A stretch of 64,000 nt of DNA from Acidobacteriota bacterium. Lineage in GTDB: Bacteria > Acidobacteriota > CAIWXX01. Position numbers and translations under genes: made by a program. The DNA lies in assembly GCA_040755995.1 (NCBI GenBank), contig JBFMAF010000036.1, positions 96,001 to 160,000 on the forward strand. The letters run 5' to 3'. This document shows, piece by piece, positions 1 through 10,744 of the stretch. The notes below the pieces were generated by a model, which worked only from the letters and a program-made list of their open reading frames with translations, was not told the origin of the DNA and did not search any database. Positions within the stretch are counted from its first letter, which is position 1, and each line of letters begins with the position of its first letter.

Positions 1-1654
1 CGAGGATGCTGAGCGCACGGTGTGGGTCGGAACCGAGCGCGGCCTGCATCGATGCAAAGATGGCCGCTTCAGCGTCTACACCAGCAGCGACGGGCTCTAC
101 GACGATAACATCGTCAATATCCTCGAAGACCGCAAAGGAAACCTCTGGCTCGGCGGCAAGCGAGGCGTGTTCTACGTCAGCAAGAAGGAGCTAGATGACC
201 GAGCCGCTGGAAGGATCGCGTCAGTGCGCTGCGTGGCGTTCAACGAAGAGGACGGCCTGAAGAGCCGCACGTGCAACGGGTTCAGCCGCCTGAGGCCTGC
301 TGCGGACGGGGGCAAGCTGTGGTTCCCTACCATCAACGGCGTTGCGTGTGTGGACCCCGACGGCCTCATGACGAACACGCTCCCGCCGCCGGTAGTTATC
401 GAAGAGGTCCACGCGGACGACAGAACGATCGATCCCACGACGATGACGGTTCACGAGCACGCCATCCAGGCGGGTACCAAGAGGGTCGAGTTCCGCTACA
501 CGGCCTTGAGCCTGCGCAAACCACGAAGCAACCTTTTCAAGTACAGGCTCGACGGCTATGACCGCGACTGGCATGACGCCGGCACGGCGCGCATGGCAAC
601 CTACACCAACCTGCGCCCCGGCCGTTACGCTTTTCGGGTGAAAGCGTGCAACGGTGATGGCGTCTGGAACGAAAAGGGCGACACCTTCACGTTCTTCCTG
701 GAGCCGTTCTTCTATCAGACCTGGTGGTTCACAGTCCTGGCCGCCGCCGGTTTCGTCGCCCTTTCATATTACGGGACGGTTCTCCTCAAGCACTACGTCA
801 AGATACTCGACTTCTGGAAACGGAAGTCGATCTTCGGCCACTTCGAGATCCTGGATGTCCTGGGCAGCGGCGGCATGGCCACCGTCTATCGGGCTCGCGA
901 TCGCCTCACCAAGAGCCGGATCGTAGCGCTGAAGGTGCTCCGCGAGGAAGAGAACCATGGCGAGGACCTCAGGAAGCGCTTCAAGCAGGAGGCAGCGATC
1001 GTCGACAGGCTCGCCGATCCGCACATCGTCAAGGTCTTCGAACGGGGGCAGGTCCACAATTCGCCGTACATAGCCATGGAGCTGCTGGACGGTAAGGATC
1101 TTGGGCGCTTCATCGCCGATGCTGGGCGAGTCGAGATCCCGACTGGGCTGCACATCACCGAGCAGATCTGCAGTACGCTCGTGCGGATCCACGCGGAAGA
1201 TGTGGTGCACCGGGACCTCAAGCCCGAGAACATGATGATCGTAGAGCGTGACGGCGACCCGCACTTCGTGTTGCTCCTGGATTTCGGGCTGGCCATCGCC
1301 CGCGGACAGACCCGGGTCACGCAGACGGGCAACATCGTCGGATCTCTTCCGTACCTGCCGCCCGAACGCGTCACCCAGGGACGCTCGTGCAAGGCAGGCG
1401 ACGTTTACGCCGTAGGCGTCATCCTGTATGAGCTGCTTTCCGGAACAAGCCCGTTCCAGGGGGAAGACGCGGTCGATGTGATCCAGCAGATACTCAACGC
1501 CTCCCCGCCGCCTCCGAGTAGCCTGCGGCCGGAAGTGCCCGAGGACCTGAACGACCTCGTGATGGCGATGATCGACAAGCGCCCGGAAGAAAGGCTCTCG
1601 GCCGAGGAGGCGAGAGAGGCCGTCGCCGAACTGCTGCGCGCGCTGCGGAGCTGA
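1..1654 (+). CDS. Membrane Ser/Thr kinase with extracellular beta-propeller and Y_Y_Y sensor domains (5' truncated by window edge)
   Basis: Propeller repeats (EDRKGNLWLG), Y_Y_Y motif (YTNLRPGRYAFRVKACNGDGVWN), TM helix after FYQTWWF, kinase motifs GSGGMATVY, VALK, HRDLKPEN, DFG. Confidence 0.9.
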   Translation, partial: EDAERTVWVGTERGLHRCKDGRFSVYTSSDGLYDDNIVNILEDRKGNLWLGGKRGVFYVSKKELDDRAAGRIASVRCVAFNEEDGLKSRTCNGFSRLRPAADGGKLWFPTINGVACVDPDGLMTNTLPPPVVIEEVHADDRTIDPTTMTVHEHAIQAGTKRVEFRYTALSLRKPRSNLFKYRLDGYDRDWHDAGTARMATYTNLRPGRYAFRVKACNGDGVWNEKGDTFTFFLEPFFYQTWWFTVLAAAGFVALSYYGTVLLKHYVKILDFWKRKSIFGHFEILDVLGSGGMATVYRARDRLTKSRIVALKVLREEENHGEDLRKRFKQEAAIVDRLADPHIVKVFERGQVHNSPYIAMELLDGKDLGRFIADAGRVEIPTGLHITEQICSTLVRIHAEDVVHRDLKPENMMIVERDGDPHFVLLLDFGLAIARGQTRVTQTGNIVGSLPYLPPERVTQGRSCKAGDVYAVGVILYELLSGTSPFQGEDAVDVIQQILNASPPPPSSLRPEVPEDLNDLVMAMIDKRPEERLSAEEAREAVAELLRALRS

Positions 1655-1755
1655 CGCACGGCTTGATCCGCGGGCGCGGCAAGAACCCCCCAACCTTGGA
1701 CACGGCTGTACTTGCTTGCACCCAATTTGCACGATATCATCGAAACGAGGGCAAC

Positions 1756-2145
1756 ATGGGACGAATCGTGACGCAGATGAGACTCGTGAACTTTCGTGAT
1801 CCAAGCAAGACGCTGTCTCTGAGCGCACTGGTCGATACCGGAACTGCGTACATCACGTTGCCGAACATCTGGCGCGAAAGCCTCGGCGAGGTTGAGCAAC
1901 TCGCAGAGGTCGAAGTCGAGATGGCCGACCAGTCGGTCAAGAAGGGCTTCGTTTGCGGCCCGGTACGAGACCGAATCGGTGAATTCAGGCAAATCATGGC
2001 CGAGGTGTTGTTCCTGGACATGCAGCCTGACGAAGACGGTGAGTACGAACCACTTGTGGGCTACATCGCGCTGGAGCAGGCGGGCGCCGCCGTGGATACG
2101 CCTGGCCACAGGCTCGTCCACGTCAAAAGGGTTGACCTGAAATGA
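1756..2145 (+). CDS. Small clan AA (retropepsin-like) aspartyl protease
   Basis: ALVDTGT catalytic motif and C-terminal PLVGYIALEQAG; ATG 1756 preceded by GAGG. Confidence 0.8.
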   Translation: MGRIVTQMRLVNFRDPSKTLSLSALVDTGTAYITLPNIWRESLGEVEQLAEVEVEMADQSVKKGFVCGPVRDRIGEFRQIMAEVLFLDMQPDEDGEYEPLVGYIALEQAGAAVDTPGHRLVHVKRVDLK

Positions 2146-2185
2146 CGGCCAAGGCGCGCCTGCCGCGCGCCCGCGCGGACCGTGG

Positions 2186-2214
2186 TTGACTTTTGCCGCG
2201 GCGAGGTCTATCGT
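2186..2214 (+). promoter_or_regulatory. sigma70-type promoter, probably leaderless
   Basis: TTGACT-N17-TATCGT, 6 nt before ATG 2221; no RBS. Confidence 0.5.
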
Positions 2215-2220
2215 CCCGCC

Positions 2221-3105
2221 ATGAACCGGATCTCGGCGATACTGGTGCTGTTCGCCCTGTCGGGCGCGACCGCCGTTTGCACAGGCGATGCCGCTTCAGC
2301 TGGCAGCCGCGATGCCGCGATCGTCTGCCTCTTGACAGGCCAGGCCGGAATCCTAGCCGATGGCGCCACCCCTGCCCGACCACTGGCGCTCTTCGATCTG
2401 CTGCGTCCCGGTGAGATCATACTGACGACGGACGCATCTTCCGTCAGGATCGCATTTGCTGACGGTAGGCTCTTCGAGGTGGGACCGCTCACCAGGGCAC
2501 GGGTGGATCCGAAAGGGATCACCAGGCTGACGGGATCGGTGCGGGAGATCGCCGTGAAACCGAAGCTGGACCTGGCGCCGATTCTCGACCAGACCGAGAA
2601 CTACCGGACACTCGCCGCGATGCGAGTGAGGAATGACCACGGGAGTCCACGGGCTGTCATCGCGGATCAGGCCGTGCTGGCGCACCGCGTCGAGCTCGGA
2701 GGCCCCACGTACGAGCGGTATCGCTTTCGGATCGTGGACCACGCGTTCAGAGAGATCTACTCGTGTGAGACCGCGGAGCCCAGTCTGCAGGTACCGGTCG
2801 GAGTGCTGAAGCCGGGGACGCAGAACTGCTGGACGCTGTGGGGTATCCTGGTAGATCGTGAGGACCTGCTGGTCGAAGACCGGCCCCTGTTGATCATAGG
2901 AGAGGATGCGACGAGGCTGCGGAGCGCACTGCGCGCAGGCTACGAGAGCTCCAGAGACATTTCGTGGCTCCTGCTGCTGGCCGGTTACGACGCCGCCCTG
3001 GGCCTGCGTGATGAATCGCTGCGCGAGCTTGAAGAGGCTTCCGCCCTCTCGCCTGATAACCCGGCCATCAGTCAGGCCGTTACCATCGCGCGCGGCGACG
3101 GCTGA
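2221..3105 (+). CDS. Secreted hypothetical protein, FecR-like N-terminus, helical C-terminus
   Basis: Signal peptide; LRPGEIILTT..SSVRIAFADG..EVGP resembles FecR beta domain. Confidence 0.6.
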   Translation: MNRISAILVLFALSGATAVCTGDAASAGSRDAAIVCLLTGQAGILADGATPARPLALFDLLRPGEIILTTDASSVRIAFADGRLFEVGPLTRARVDPKGITRLTGSVREIAVKPKLDLAPILDQTENYRTLAAMRVRNDHGSPRAVIADQAVLAHRVELGGPTYERYRFRIVDHAFREIYSCETAEPSLQVPVGVLKPGTQNCWTLWGILVDREDLLVEDRPLLIIGEDATRLRSALRAGYESSRDISWLLLLAGYDAALGLRDESLRELEEASALSPDNPAISQAVTIARGDG

Positions 3106-3157
3106 GCCGTTTCTGCCGTGGGAGCTGAGCCTGGCCGATGGCCTGTGTCCCGTGCCG

Positions 3158-3517
3158 CTAGGTCTTGCTACGCGCGTGTGGTGCAGCTCGATTCACGCGT
3201 ATCAGTGGCCGGACGATCTCAGCACGCGTCTGGATCGCTTGGTGAATTCGTTGGGCCAGTCCGGCGGAATCGGGATCGAACGCACAGACTATGATTCCGG
3301 AGTGCTCGATATTCTCGTCGTGCAATCGCACAAAATGGCGACGATTGAGGGTCAACATCATCCGCCCGTCTGACGTGGCGAATTGCAGAACCGCAGCATC
3401 CGAAGAAGACTTGTTTGCTTGACCCGCTTCTTGGACGGTCAGCACATCATGCCCCAGGCGCCGCAACTCCTCAACCGCAGGTAACGGGAAGTTCTCGTTC
3501 GAGTAAAGGCGTGCCAT
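3158..3517 (-). CDS. DUF5615 PIN-like toxin (VapC45-like)
   Basis: RLYSNENFP, LRRLGHDVLTV, DAAVLQFA, LTLNRRHF, HSGIIV. Confidence 0.85.
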   Translation of the reverse strand: MARLYSNENFPLPAVEELRRLGHDVLTVQEAGQANKSSSDAAVLQFATSDGRMMLTLNRRHFVRLHDENIEHSGIIVCAFDPDSAGLAQRIHQAIQTRAEIVRPLIRVNRAAPHARSKT

Positions 3518-3847
3518 TCATGCCTCTTCGTTGTCGCGGATCTGCTGCTCGATCTCGTCATGATGAGCTCGGTGGTAGGCCCACGCATTTGCCAGATCCT
3601 CGGCTCTCAGTGTCGGGTAGGCGCGGAGCATTTCTGCCTCGCTCATTCCCAGCCGCCTCGCCTGGACCAGGACCCAGACTGGAATTCGCGTCCGGACAAT
3701 ACAGGGTTCGCCGCCACAAACGCCGGCTACACTGTCGATGCCTGGGAACGCGTCGCCGAGATCGCGCACCACCCACTGGAGAATCTGGGCCTTCTCGCCC
3801 CGCGTCATCCCAGTCAGCAGCTTCTCAGCTTCTTGTATGGCGCTCAT
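3518..3847 (-). CDS. DUF433 antitoxin (VapB45-like)
   Basis: GVCGGEPCIVRTRIPVW and YPTLRAEDL..AWAY; abuts toxin start. Confidence 0.88.
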   Translation of the reverse strand: MSAIQEAEKLLTGMTRGEKAQILQWVVRDLGDAFPGIDSVAGVCGGEPCIVRTRIPVWVLVQARRLGMSEAEMLRAYPTLRAEDLANAWAYHRAHHDEIEQQIRDNEEA

Positions 3848-3944
3848 GTGTTCACCCGCTCCTGTGGTTCATTATATAGCACCCTCGGCACCTTGGCAGT
3901 GAAAGGTGAGCCTGGGCGCCTGGAGGTGATGTTTGACCAGGACG

Positions 3945-3968
3945 ACCACAACCTGTAGTGGTCAGTCA
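3945..3968. repeat. 24-bp dispersed repeat, copy 1
   Basis: accacaacctgtagtggtcagtca; 22/24 identical to 29442-29465. Confidence 0.7.
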
Positions 3969-3982
3969 TCCCCTCCGCAAGA

Positions 3983-6900
3983 TCACTCGCCGTACATCAC
4001 GAACGCGCCCCAGAAGTACGGGTGGCGGAAGCCGGTGAGTCTGAGCAGGTCCGTCTTCGCGCTCCGCAGCGCATCCTCTTTGGTCATACTGTCCTTGAGG
4101 AGGTGTGCGTAGAACCGGGTCATCAGCTCGTGCGTTCCCACGTCGCTCACGTCCCAGAGGCTCACCATGGCCGCCGGGCTGCCGGCGTACATGACAGCGC
4201 GGGTGAGTCCTGTGACACCCTGGCCCTCGGCCTGCTCCAGCCCGCTCTGGCAGGCAGACAGCGTCACCAGCCTGGCGTTGTAGCGGCAGTTCATGATCTC
4301 ACCCAGCGTCAAGAATCCGTCGTCTTGCGCATCGGGAACCTGAGAAAGCGCGATGGCCTGGAAACGGTCTCCGGCGACCCCGTGCGCGGCGAAGTGGATG
4401 TAACCGTACTTGGTGATGTCGCCGGCCTTGGCGAGCTCCTCGCACGCCTCGAGCCTGAGATTCGCCTTGTGCTCGATCTTGTTCTCCGCAAAGAGCGCTG
4501 CGATTCCCTGCACCTCCTCGCCGCTGCCCTCCAGCCGCGTCAGCTTGCCGCCGGCCCTCGCATAGCCCGCGACCGCCGGCGGTGCGCCCGCGGCATCCTC
4601 GCCGGATCGCACACCGGCTACGCCCTGTTCGGGCTTGCCCGACTTGAAGCTCTCGTAGTCGTAGACGGGATCTCCGAAGCCCACGAACCAGTCCGTGGTG
4701 CCCTCGCGCTTGTACTGGGTACGCAAGAGGTGCAAAACGGACGCCGACTGAGCGTACTTGACGGCGCACTTCTGTAGCAGGTACTCCGGCCTGGTGATTC
4801 CTCGGACAGGGAGCGTCTCGAAAGGGAGCTTCGAAAGTATCCCGTCGGGGACTATGATGAGCTTCTTGCCAAGAATCCTCTGCTGCAACGGCCCCAGGAG
4901 GCCCTGGTAGAGCGCTCTTCCATGAGTCATCTCCGGCTGGACCGCCGGGCTCGAGATCGCCAGAAGCCAGGACTTGGTGAGCCTCTCGATCTCGGAGCTC
5001 GCCAGCTTGAGCTTCATGACGTCGAACGAACCCTGAGCGGTGATGAAACAGTAGGTGGCATTCGACGAGACGAAGTACTCGACGAGCACTTCGTCGGGGC
5101 GGAGCACCTCCTGCAGCCTCGCCGACGTGGCCGTTTCCGGGTAGCTCACCGAAGCATACATCGGATTCTGCAGCCGGATCTGCGTGCGCAGGTCTCCCAG
5201 GTCGGACTCGACCTTCACGGTCTCCGCGTTGATCGCGGCCACCTGGGATTCGCTTGGGCTCTCCTTCTGATTCTCCTGCAGTTTCTGCCTCCTGAGCGAG
5301 GACAGCCGGTCTTGCAGAGCGTCCCGCCGCGATCTCAAGTCCGGCGAGATGCCTTTCTCCAGGTCCACGAGGCTCTCAGCGAGCAGGTCGAGGAAGGCCC
5401 TGGACTTGATGCCTTCGACGATCTGGAATGCATCCGGCGCGAAGCCGTGATCCAGCGCGAACTGGGCGGCCTCGACATAGTCCTCGCCGCTCCTCTCCAT
5501 GAACCCCGACTTCATCTCGGGCAACCCGATCAGCCCGCGTTGCTTCTCGCGCAATTCCAGTGCCTCGAGATAGATGTGCATCGCTTCATCGGGCCTGCCA
5601 CGCCGAGCCATGGCGCGTGCCTTCAGCAACAGCGTTGCCGCATGGAAGCCGCTCTCGTCCGTCTTGACGAACAACTCCACCGCCTTGTCCGCGAACGCAT
5701 CGGCCTTGTCCAGATCGCCGAGATCCAGGGCTACCTCGGCCTGGACCTGGTTAAGGTTTCCCAGTCCGACCAGGTATTGCGCCTTGACGAACAGCGGCGC
5801 GGCTTTCTCGCACGCCTCCGATGCGCCGAGGTTGTTGCCTGTCTTGCGCAGAACCGAAGCTTTCCTGAGGTAGATCAAGCCCCGTGCGTGGTCGTCTTCC
5901 AACTTCTCATACAAGGGGAGTGCTTCGTCGAACAGCCTCAAGGCCTTCTCGTATTCCCCTTTGATGACATGGATGTCACCCTTCCTGAGGAGGACGTTGC
6001 CATGGTCGGGCAGCAGGCCGGCCTTTACGAAATACTGATCCGCCTTGTCGAACATATCGCGCGACTTCTCGTAGTCCCCGACGGAGAAGCAGACATCGCC
6101 GATGCCGAAGTAGACGTTCCCCAGCCCGCGGGGATCGTCTGCCTTGAGGAAGAAAGGCAGGGCTTGTTGGTAGAGCCGGAGTGCCTCCACCATCGCCATT
6201 CTCTCGGCCTGAATCGCGGCGAGGTCCGCGAGCACGTTGCCCTGGCCCCACAGATCGCCGGTGGCCTTGAAGAACGGCTCAGCCTTCCCGTACATCTCCG
6301 TCGCGAGCGTTCGGTCACCTGTCCGCCATGACAGCATCCCGAGATGTTGGTAGACGATCCCCTGCCCAACCAGGTCCCCGGCACGCTCGAAGAAGCCCAA
6401 CGATTCCCCGCACAGCGTCCGCGCGCGCTCCACGTCCCCCCTTCGATCGTACACGTCACTCTGGCTCAGCAGTATGTAACCCTGTCCCCTCGGGTCCTTC
6501 GCCTTCTCGTGGAACGGGAGCGCCTGCTGATACATCTGAAGTGCCTTCTCGTTCTCGCCCATGTCCGAGTACGCGTCACCCGCGCCGCGCAGGACGTTGC
6601 CATGGCCCAAATAGTCGCCCGCGTCGCGGAAGAGCGGCAGAGCTTTCTCGTAGGATGCGATGGCGTTCGGGCTGTCGCCCGTCATGTAGGCGGCGTATGC
6701 CTTGTTGCGATACACGGCGCCGAGGCCGCCCGGATCTTTCGCCCGCTCGAAATGCCCCTGGGCCTCCACGAGATCCTGTTCTCCCTTCGCCGCGTCTCCT
6801 CCCATGAAATCCAGGTACCACTGGCTGAGGCAGACGTTGCCGAGGCCTCGCTCGTAGGACGCTTCGGCGAACTGCGCGCGGGCATCTGCGAGCAGCGCCG

Positions 6901-7417
6901 CGGCCTCGTCGCGCCGGCGCGTCCTCGAGTAGATGTCCGCCAGGCGCCTGCTTACGTTGCCGATGCCGATCGAGTCATCGTGCTGTTTGTACGAGCTCAG
7001 CGCAGATTGGAGATACAGCTCTGCCTTTGGAAAGTCCGACACGAGGTAGCAGTAGTCACCCCACCGATAGTTGACCTCGGCGATTGCGGCATCGTCGTCC
7101 AGCTCTTCAACCACGGTGCGGGCCACTGCAAGCGCGATGTCGTCCCTCTCCTTGACCGCCGTCTCGGCCATCTCGAGCATGAGCCTGGCGGAAACACTGC
7201 GGCGGTGCTTGCGCACGTACTCTCGCAACGCGTCCTCACCGCCGGTCGTATAGATGCCGCGCATCTGCAAAGAACTCTTGTCGCTGGGAGACGCCGCGGC
7301 TATCGAGCGCGCCGGCATGAATAGCGGCAGCAGCGCGACGACCCAGCTCACGAGCGTCGCAAGGCGCATCAGGCAATCAAGGGACCCATTTCTCATTTCG
7401 AATACCTCCCCAATCAT
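3983..7417 (-). CDS. TPR-repeat CHAT-domain (caspase-like) protein
   Basis: N-terminal hydrophobic signal, many 40-aa TPR-like repeats, CHAT motifs IVPDGIL, HFAAHG, LSACQSG, SLWDVSD, HPYFWGAF; start uncertain. Confidence 0.92.
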   Translation of the reverse strand: MIGEVFEMRNGSLDCLMRLATLVSWVVALLPLFMPARSIAAASPSDKSSLQMRGIYTTGGEDALREYVRKHRRSVSARLMLEMAETAVKERDDIALAVARTVVEELDDDAAIAEVNYRWGDYCYLVSDFPKAELYLQSALSSYKQHDDSIGIGNVSRRLADIYSRTRRRDEAAALLADARAQFAEASYERGLGNVCLSQWYLDFMGGDAAKGEQDLVEAQGHFERAKDPGGLGAVYRNKAYAAYMTGDSPNAIASYEKALPLFRDAGDYLGHGNVLRGAGDAYSDMGENEKALQMYQQALPFHEKAKDPRGQGYILLSQSDVYDRRGDVERARTLCGESLGFFERAGDLVGQGIVYQHLGMLSWRTGDRTLATEMYGKAEPFFKATGDLWGQGNVLADLAAIQAERMAMVEALRLYQQALPFFLKADDPRGLGNVYFGIGDVCFSVGDYEKSRDMFDKADQYFVKAGLLPDHGNVLLRKGDIHVIKGEYEKALRLFDEALPLYEKLEDDHARGLIYLRKASVLRKTGNNLGASEACEKAAPLFVKAQYLVGLGNLNQVQAEVALDLGDLDKADAFADKAVELFVKTDESGFHAATLLLKARAMARRGRPDEAMHIYLEALELREKQRGLIGLPEMKSGFMERSGEDYVEAAQFALDHGFAPDAFQIVEGIKSRAFLDLLAESLVDLEKGISPDLRSRRDALQDRLSSLRRQKLQENQKESPSESQVAAINAETVKVESDLGDLRTQIRLQNPMYASVSYPETATSARLQEVLRPDEVLVEYFVSSNATYCFITAQGSFDVMKLKLASSEIERLTKSWLLAISSPAVQPEMTHGRALYQGLLGPLQQRILGKKLIIVPDGILSKLPFETLPVRGITRPEYLLQKCAVKYAQSASVLHLLRTQYKREGTTDWFVGFGDPVYDYESFKSGKPEQGVAGVRSGEDAAGAPPAVAGYARAGGKLTRLEGSGEEVQGIAALFAENKIEHKANLRLEACEELAKAGDITKYGYIHFAAHGVAGDRFQAIALSQVPDAQDDGFLTLGEIMNCRYNARLVTLSACQSGLEQAEGQGVTGLTRAVMYAGSPAAMVSLWDVSDVGTHELMTRFYAHLLKDSMTKEDALRSAKTDLLRLTGFRHPYFWGAFVMYGE

Positions 7418-7941
7418 TCTGCAGCTTGTAGCGTCCGCCAGCCTAACACGCCAGCTCGGAGGGACTCAAGGCTGATCCAAGTGCGAAAGGGCACGGGGGG
7501 AAGGGCGGGGACGGACGCAGGCGCGATTGCACCGACTCTGGGTCGTTTCATTTGACGACCCGCGGGTTTTCGGCCAGACTCATTCGGGTGGACGCGCTGA
7601 TTCGAAGCCACCCGCGCGTTCCGGGAGGTTCTCACCAGTGAGTCCAAGGGAGTAATGTCGGGCGATGCAGTGCCACACTTGCGGAGAGGTGATGGCCGTA
7701 CGCGGGCGGGCGGTCATCGTTGCGGCTCTTTTCTCAGCGTTCGCGGGATTCTCGTCCATCCTGTCCGCCGGGGCACCCGCGCTTCCGCTTGCTTTCCACG
7801 ACGGGCCAGGCAACGTCCGGTCGATGTGCTTGCAGGGTCAGCTGAATCCGATCGCGGTGCACTTGTCGGTTCCCTTGAAGGGGTAGAGCTCGATCGCGGT
7901 CGGCTCACGGTATTCGATGAGGCGGGGACGCTCGATCTTGT

Positions 7942-9033
7942 TCAGTATGGTCGCTTGACGCCGCCCTTTCGCCGAAGGCCGAACCCCTTCAGATAGAGGT
8001 CCCGCGCATCAATCCGGCCATCATTCCTCTGATAGAAGATCCCCAACTCGATCAACAAGCGAAGAAGTTCTCTGCTGGACCGATCGGGAGCCTTTTCCGC
8101 CACACCATCCCAATCAACCTGGAGAGACATCTCCAGGTCGTGGCGCTCAATGGGTACCTGTGGATGGATCTCGGCCACTGCCGCACGGACATGCTTCATC
8201 CACGGGAATTCCTCATCTTCGATCTCCTGCACGCGACTCACGGAAACCTGGTCGACGGCCCCCCTGAGCGCGGTGTGATGAAAAAGCCTGGGCGGATCTG
8301 CGCGGGGATTGTCCAGCTCGATTGCCGCGGCACATTCGAAAAATCGGACCATGGACCGAGGCAGCACTCGCCCATTGCCATCCTGCAGGTGATTGGGAAT
8401 CCAGAGGAACGAGCTGCCTTTGGTGGGGCCGGCCCCCATGTATTTGCCGCACATGCGTTCGATGAAAGCGCGGAAGTCCTCCTCCTTCTTTGCAGCGGGA
8501 TACCAACCCAGGTCGCCGCGGTCTTCGCCCGCCGGCATGACACTCGTGAAGTAGTCTCGAATCCGGGAGTCCTGGTTGACCAGTCGCTTCGCCGTGAGGG
8601 CATAGAGATTCTTCGTGGTCCACAGAAGCTCCACACGTTGAGCAGCGATCTTCGAGACGTCAGGACCGAATAGAGCAACGCGATCAAACAGATCCCTGCG
8701 AAGAAACACCTTGGGCCGGAGACGTTGCCATCGACGGGCGTAGCTCGCCCAGAACTGTACCAGTCCCCTCAGTATCGTGCGTAGTTGATCCCAATCGCTG
8801 GCGCTGACGCGATCCAATTCATCGTAGATGATGAAGACCCATCGATCTTGTTGCGCCAGGTTGGTATCCAGACGATCCAAGGTGCTGAAGATCGCCTCCA
8901 AGTATCGTGTGACAAGGTGATAGATTTCCGCGAGAAACAGACTCGGGTCACCAATCCTGACCCCAACCTCATCCGGCACATCGCGTTCCAAAAGAGCCCG
9001 TGCCATCGGGGGCCGAGATACAGACGGGGTCAC
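7942..9033 (-). pseudogene. N-terminally truncated P-loop NTPase (Sll1717-like)
   Basis: Walker B-like FIIYDELDR, KVFLRRDLF, NHLQDG..LPRS and RKGGVK tail, but no Walker A or RBS. Confidence 0.65.
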
Positions 9034-9390
9034 GGAACTTGTGACAAGTGGGGAGCGGTGGATTCTATGGTTCTAGGTTTGTCAATGGGTCTGGCGGAGG
9101 AAAGGAGGGGGCAGCCACGCGCTGGGAGGAATGAGGCCATGCGTGCTACGCCCGCACGGACTAGGACGCTGGAAAGGCGTGAAGACTTCCGCAAGCCCTT
9201 GACGGCAAACACCTCGCCGGGGCTCTTTACGCGGCGCGTGCTATCTGGGACGAAACACAGAAACCGGGTTGCCGGTTTATGTGAAGACCATGCAAACGCT
9301 ATTCAGTCGGGATGATCCAAGGGCTTCGCTGAAGACGTAGTCAGCTTGGATCCCTTAGTCACATCTCACGAAACAAACAAGGAGAAACCC

Positions 9391-10227
9391 ATGCCTCAGC
9401 GCGAACTTGGCACCTTTCAAGACTCGTCAGGAAAGATCACAGTTTCGGTCTTTGAACGCAAGGCCGGTGATTCTCAGCAGCATTTCCATGACTACGCGGC
9501 AACCGTACCCGACGATATGATCGCAATCGGGGGTGGAGCGGAGGCCACTTCTGCACCCTATGGAGCTCTCTTGACGGCATCGTATCCGAATTCCGAGCTG
9601 TCTGCATGGTTGGCGTCGTCCAAAGATCACAACTTGCCAAACCCTCATAAACTGAAAGTCTATGCCATCGGACTTAAGATTGCGGGCATGTCGCGCGACA
9701 AACTTCTTGAACACATCCATGTCGGTCGGGACCAGAGCGGCTTAGCCCAACATCCTGAAGCATCCGAATCGATTCCCCCGGGTTATCTGCTGGTGAGCGG
9801 TGGTTTTCATGTGAACTGGTTCGACTTCAACCCTTCCGGTGGCAATCTCGCAACGGCGTCATTTCCTGAGAATGCGTTGGCGTGGAAAGCCAGGTCGAAG
9901 GATCATTATGTCGTGAGTAGGGCCAACCTGACCGTTTATGCAATTGGCATCAAGGAGAATCTACCAGTTGGACAGATCGAAAGGTCGATCCAAAGCAAAG
10001 ACTCCGCACACGCACAACACCCAAGCGCAACGGCCGACGTCCTTCCGGGTTTCGCTCTCACCGGCGGAGGCGCGGAGGTTCACTGGTCAGGAGCCGGCAA
10101 CTTACTTTGGAAACTGCAGCCAACGACGCAAACCACGAATCAGGATTTCAGCGCTGGAAGCAAAGACCACCAAGAGGTCTCACCGGCCACTCTGACCGTT
10201 TATTCTGTTGGAATCAGGGTCGTCTAG
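9391..10227 (+). CDS. Hypothetical protein with three ~80-aa repeats
   Basis: GGAG RBS; three modules (I/T)GGG..G.L..AS.P..W.A.SKDH..L.VY(A/S)(I/V)G; lower GC than flanks. Confidence 0.85.
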   Translation: MPQRELGTFQDSSGKITVSVFERKAGDSQQHFHDYAATVPDDMIAIGGGAEATSAPYGALLTASYPNSELSAWLASSKDHNLPNPHKLKVYAIGLKIAGMSRDKLLEHIHVGRDQSGLAQHPEASESIPPGYLLVSGGFHVNWFDFNPSGGNLATASFPENALAWKARSKDHYVVSRANLTVYAIGIKENLPVGQIERSIQSKDSAHAQHPSATADVLPGFALTGGGAEVHWSGAGNLLWKLQPTTQTTNQDFSAGSKDHQEVSPATLTVYSVGIRVV

Positions 10228-10744
10228 GTGCGCCCAGTGGTACCTCGGCGTAACCGTCGCTGCGGGGTTTGACGTGCTGGTAGGCGTTCCCCGCCTACTC
10301 GAAACGGGGCGATTCACTCTCTCTTCTCAGGAGGAGCCCGGGGGCCCAGAGGCGGTATGCGCACGGCCAAGAGGAGAAGCAGTTCACGGTCGTGCCGTTC
10401 ACGCTGAGCATGCAGGGGCTATCAGATGGATTCGCAGCCCCCTGCGTGGGGCGTCGCGGCGCCTGACTCGACAAGCGCGCGGAGTAGCGAATAGGACTTC
10501 GCAGCGGACAGGCTTGTCCACCCACAAGTCGTGGATGAGCTGAGCCGATGCCACGGACGGACATATGGATATTGCTAGGAATAAGGCATGACACGGTCCG
10601 GGCCAAAATCAAACCTGCGTCGACAGCGCCTCAGTCCAACAACGGCTCCGAGTCGGCGCGCAGGAACGCGCGGCTCGCGCCTGCCGTTGTGCCGCGCCCG
10701 GCCCGGGGCAACAACGCACGCCGAAACCAGGAGGCTTGGAGAAC

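Noticed and set aside
4022..7324. Long plus-strand ORFs opposite the CHAT gene, and similar ones such as 42492-44111
   Set aside because: Antisense shadow ORFs typical of high-GC coding DNA
7441..7500. GCCTAAC as an integron attC start
   Set aside because: No matching GTTRRRY arm, no repeated attC sites and no integrase
7665..7886. 73-aa ORF with signal-like segment
   Set aside because: Too short and featureless to call; may be another remnant
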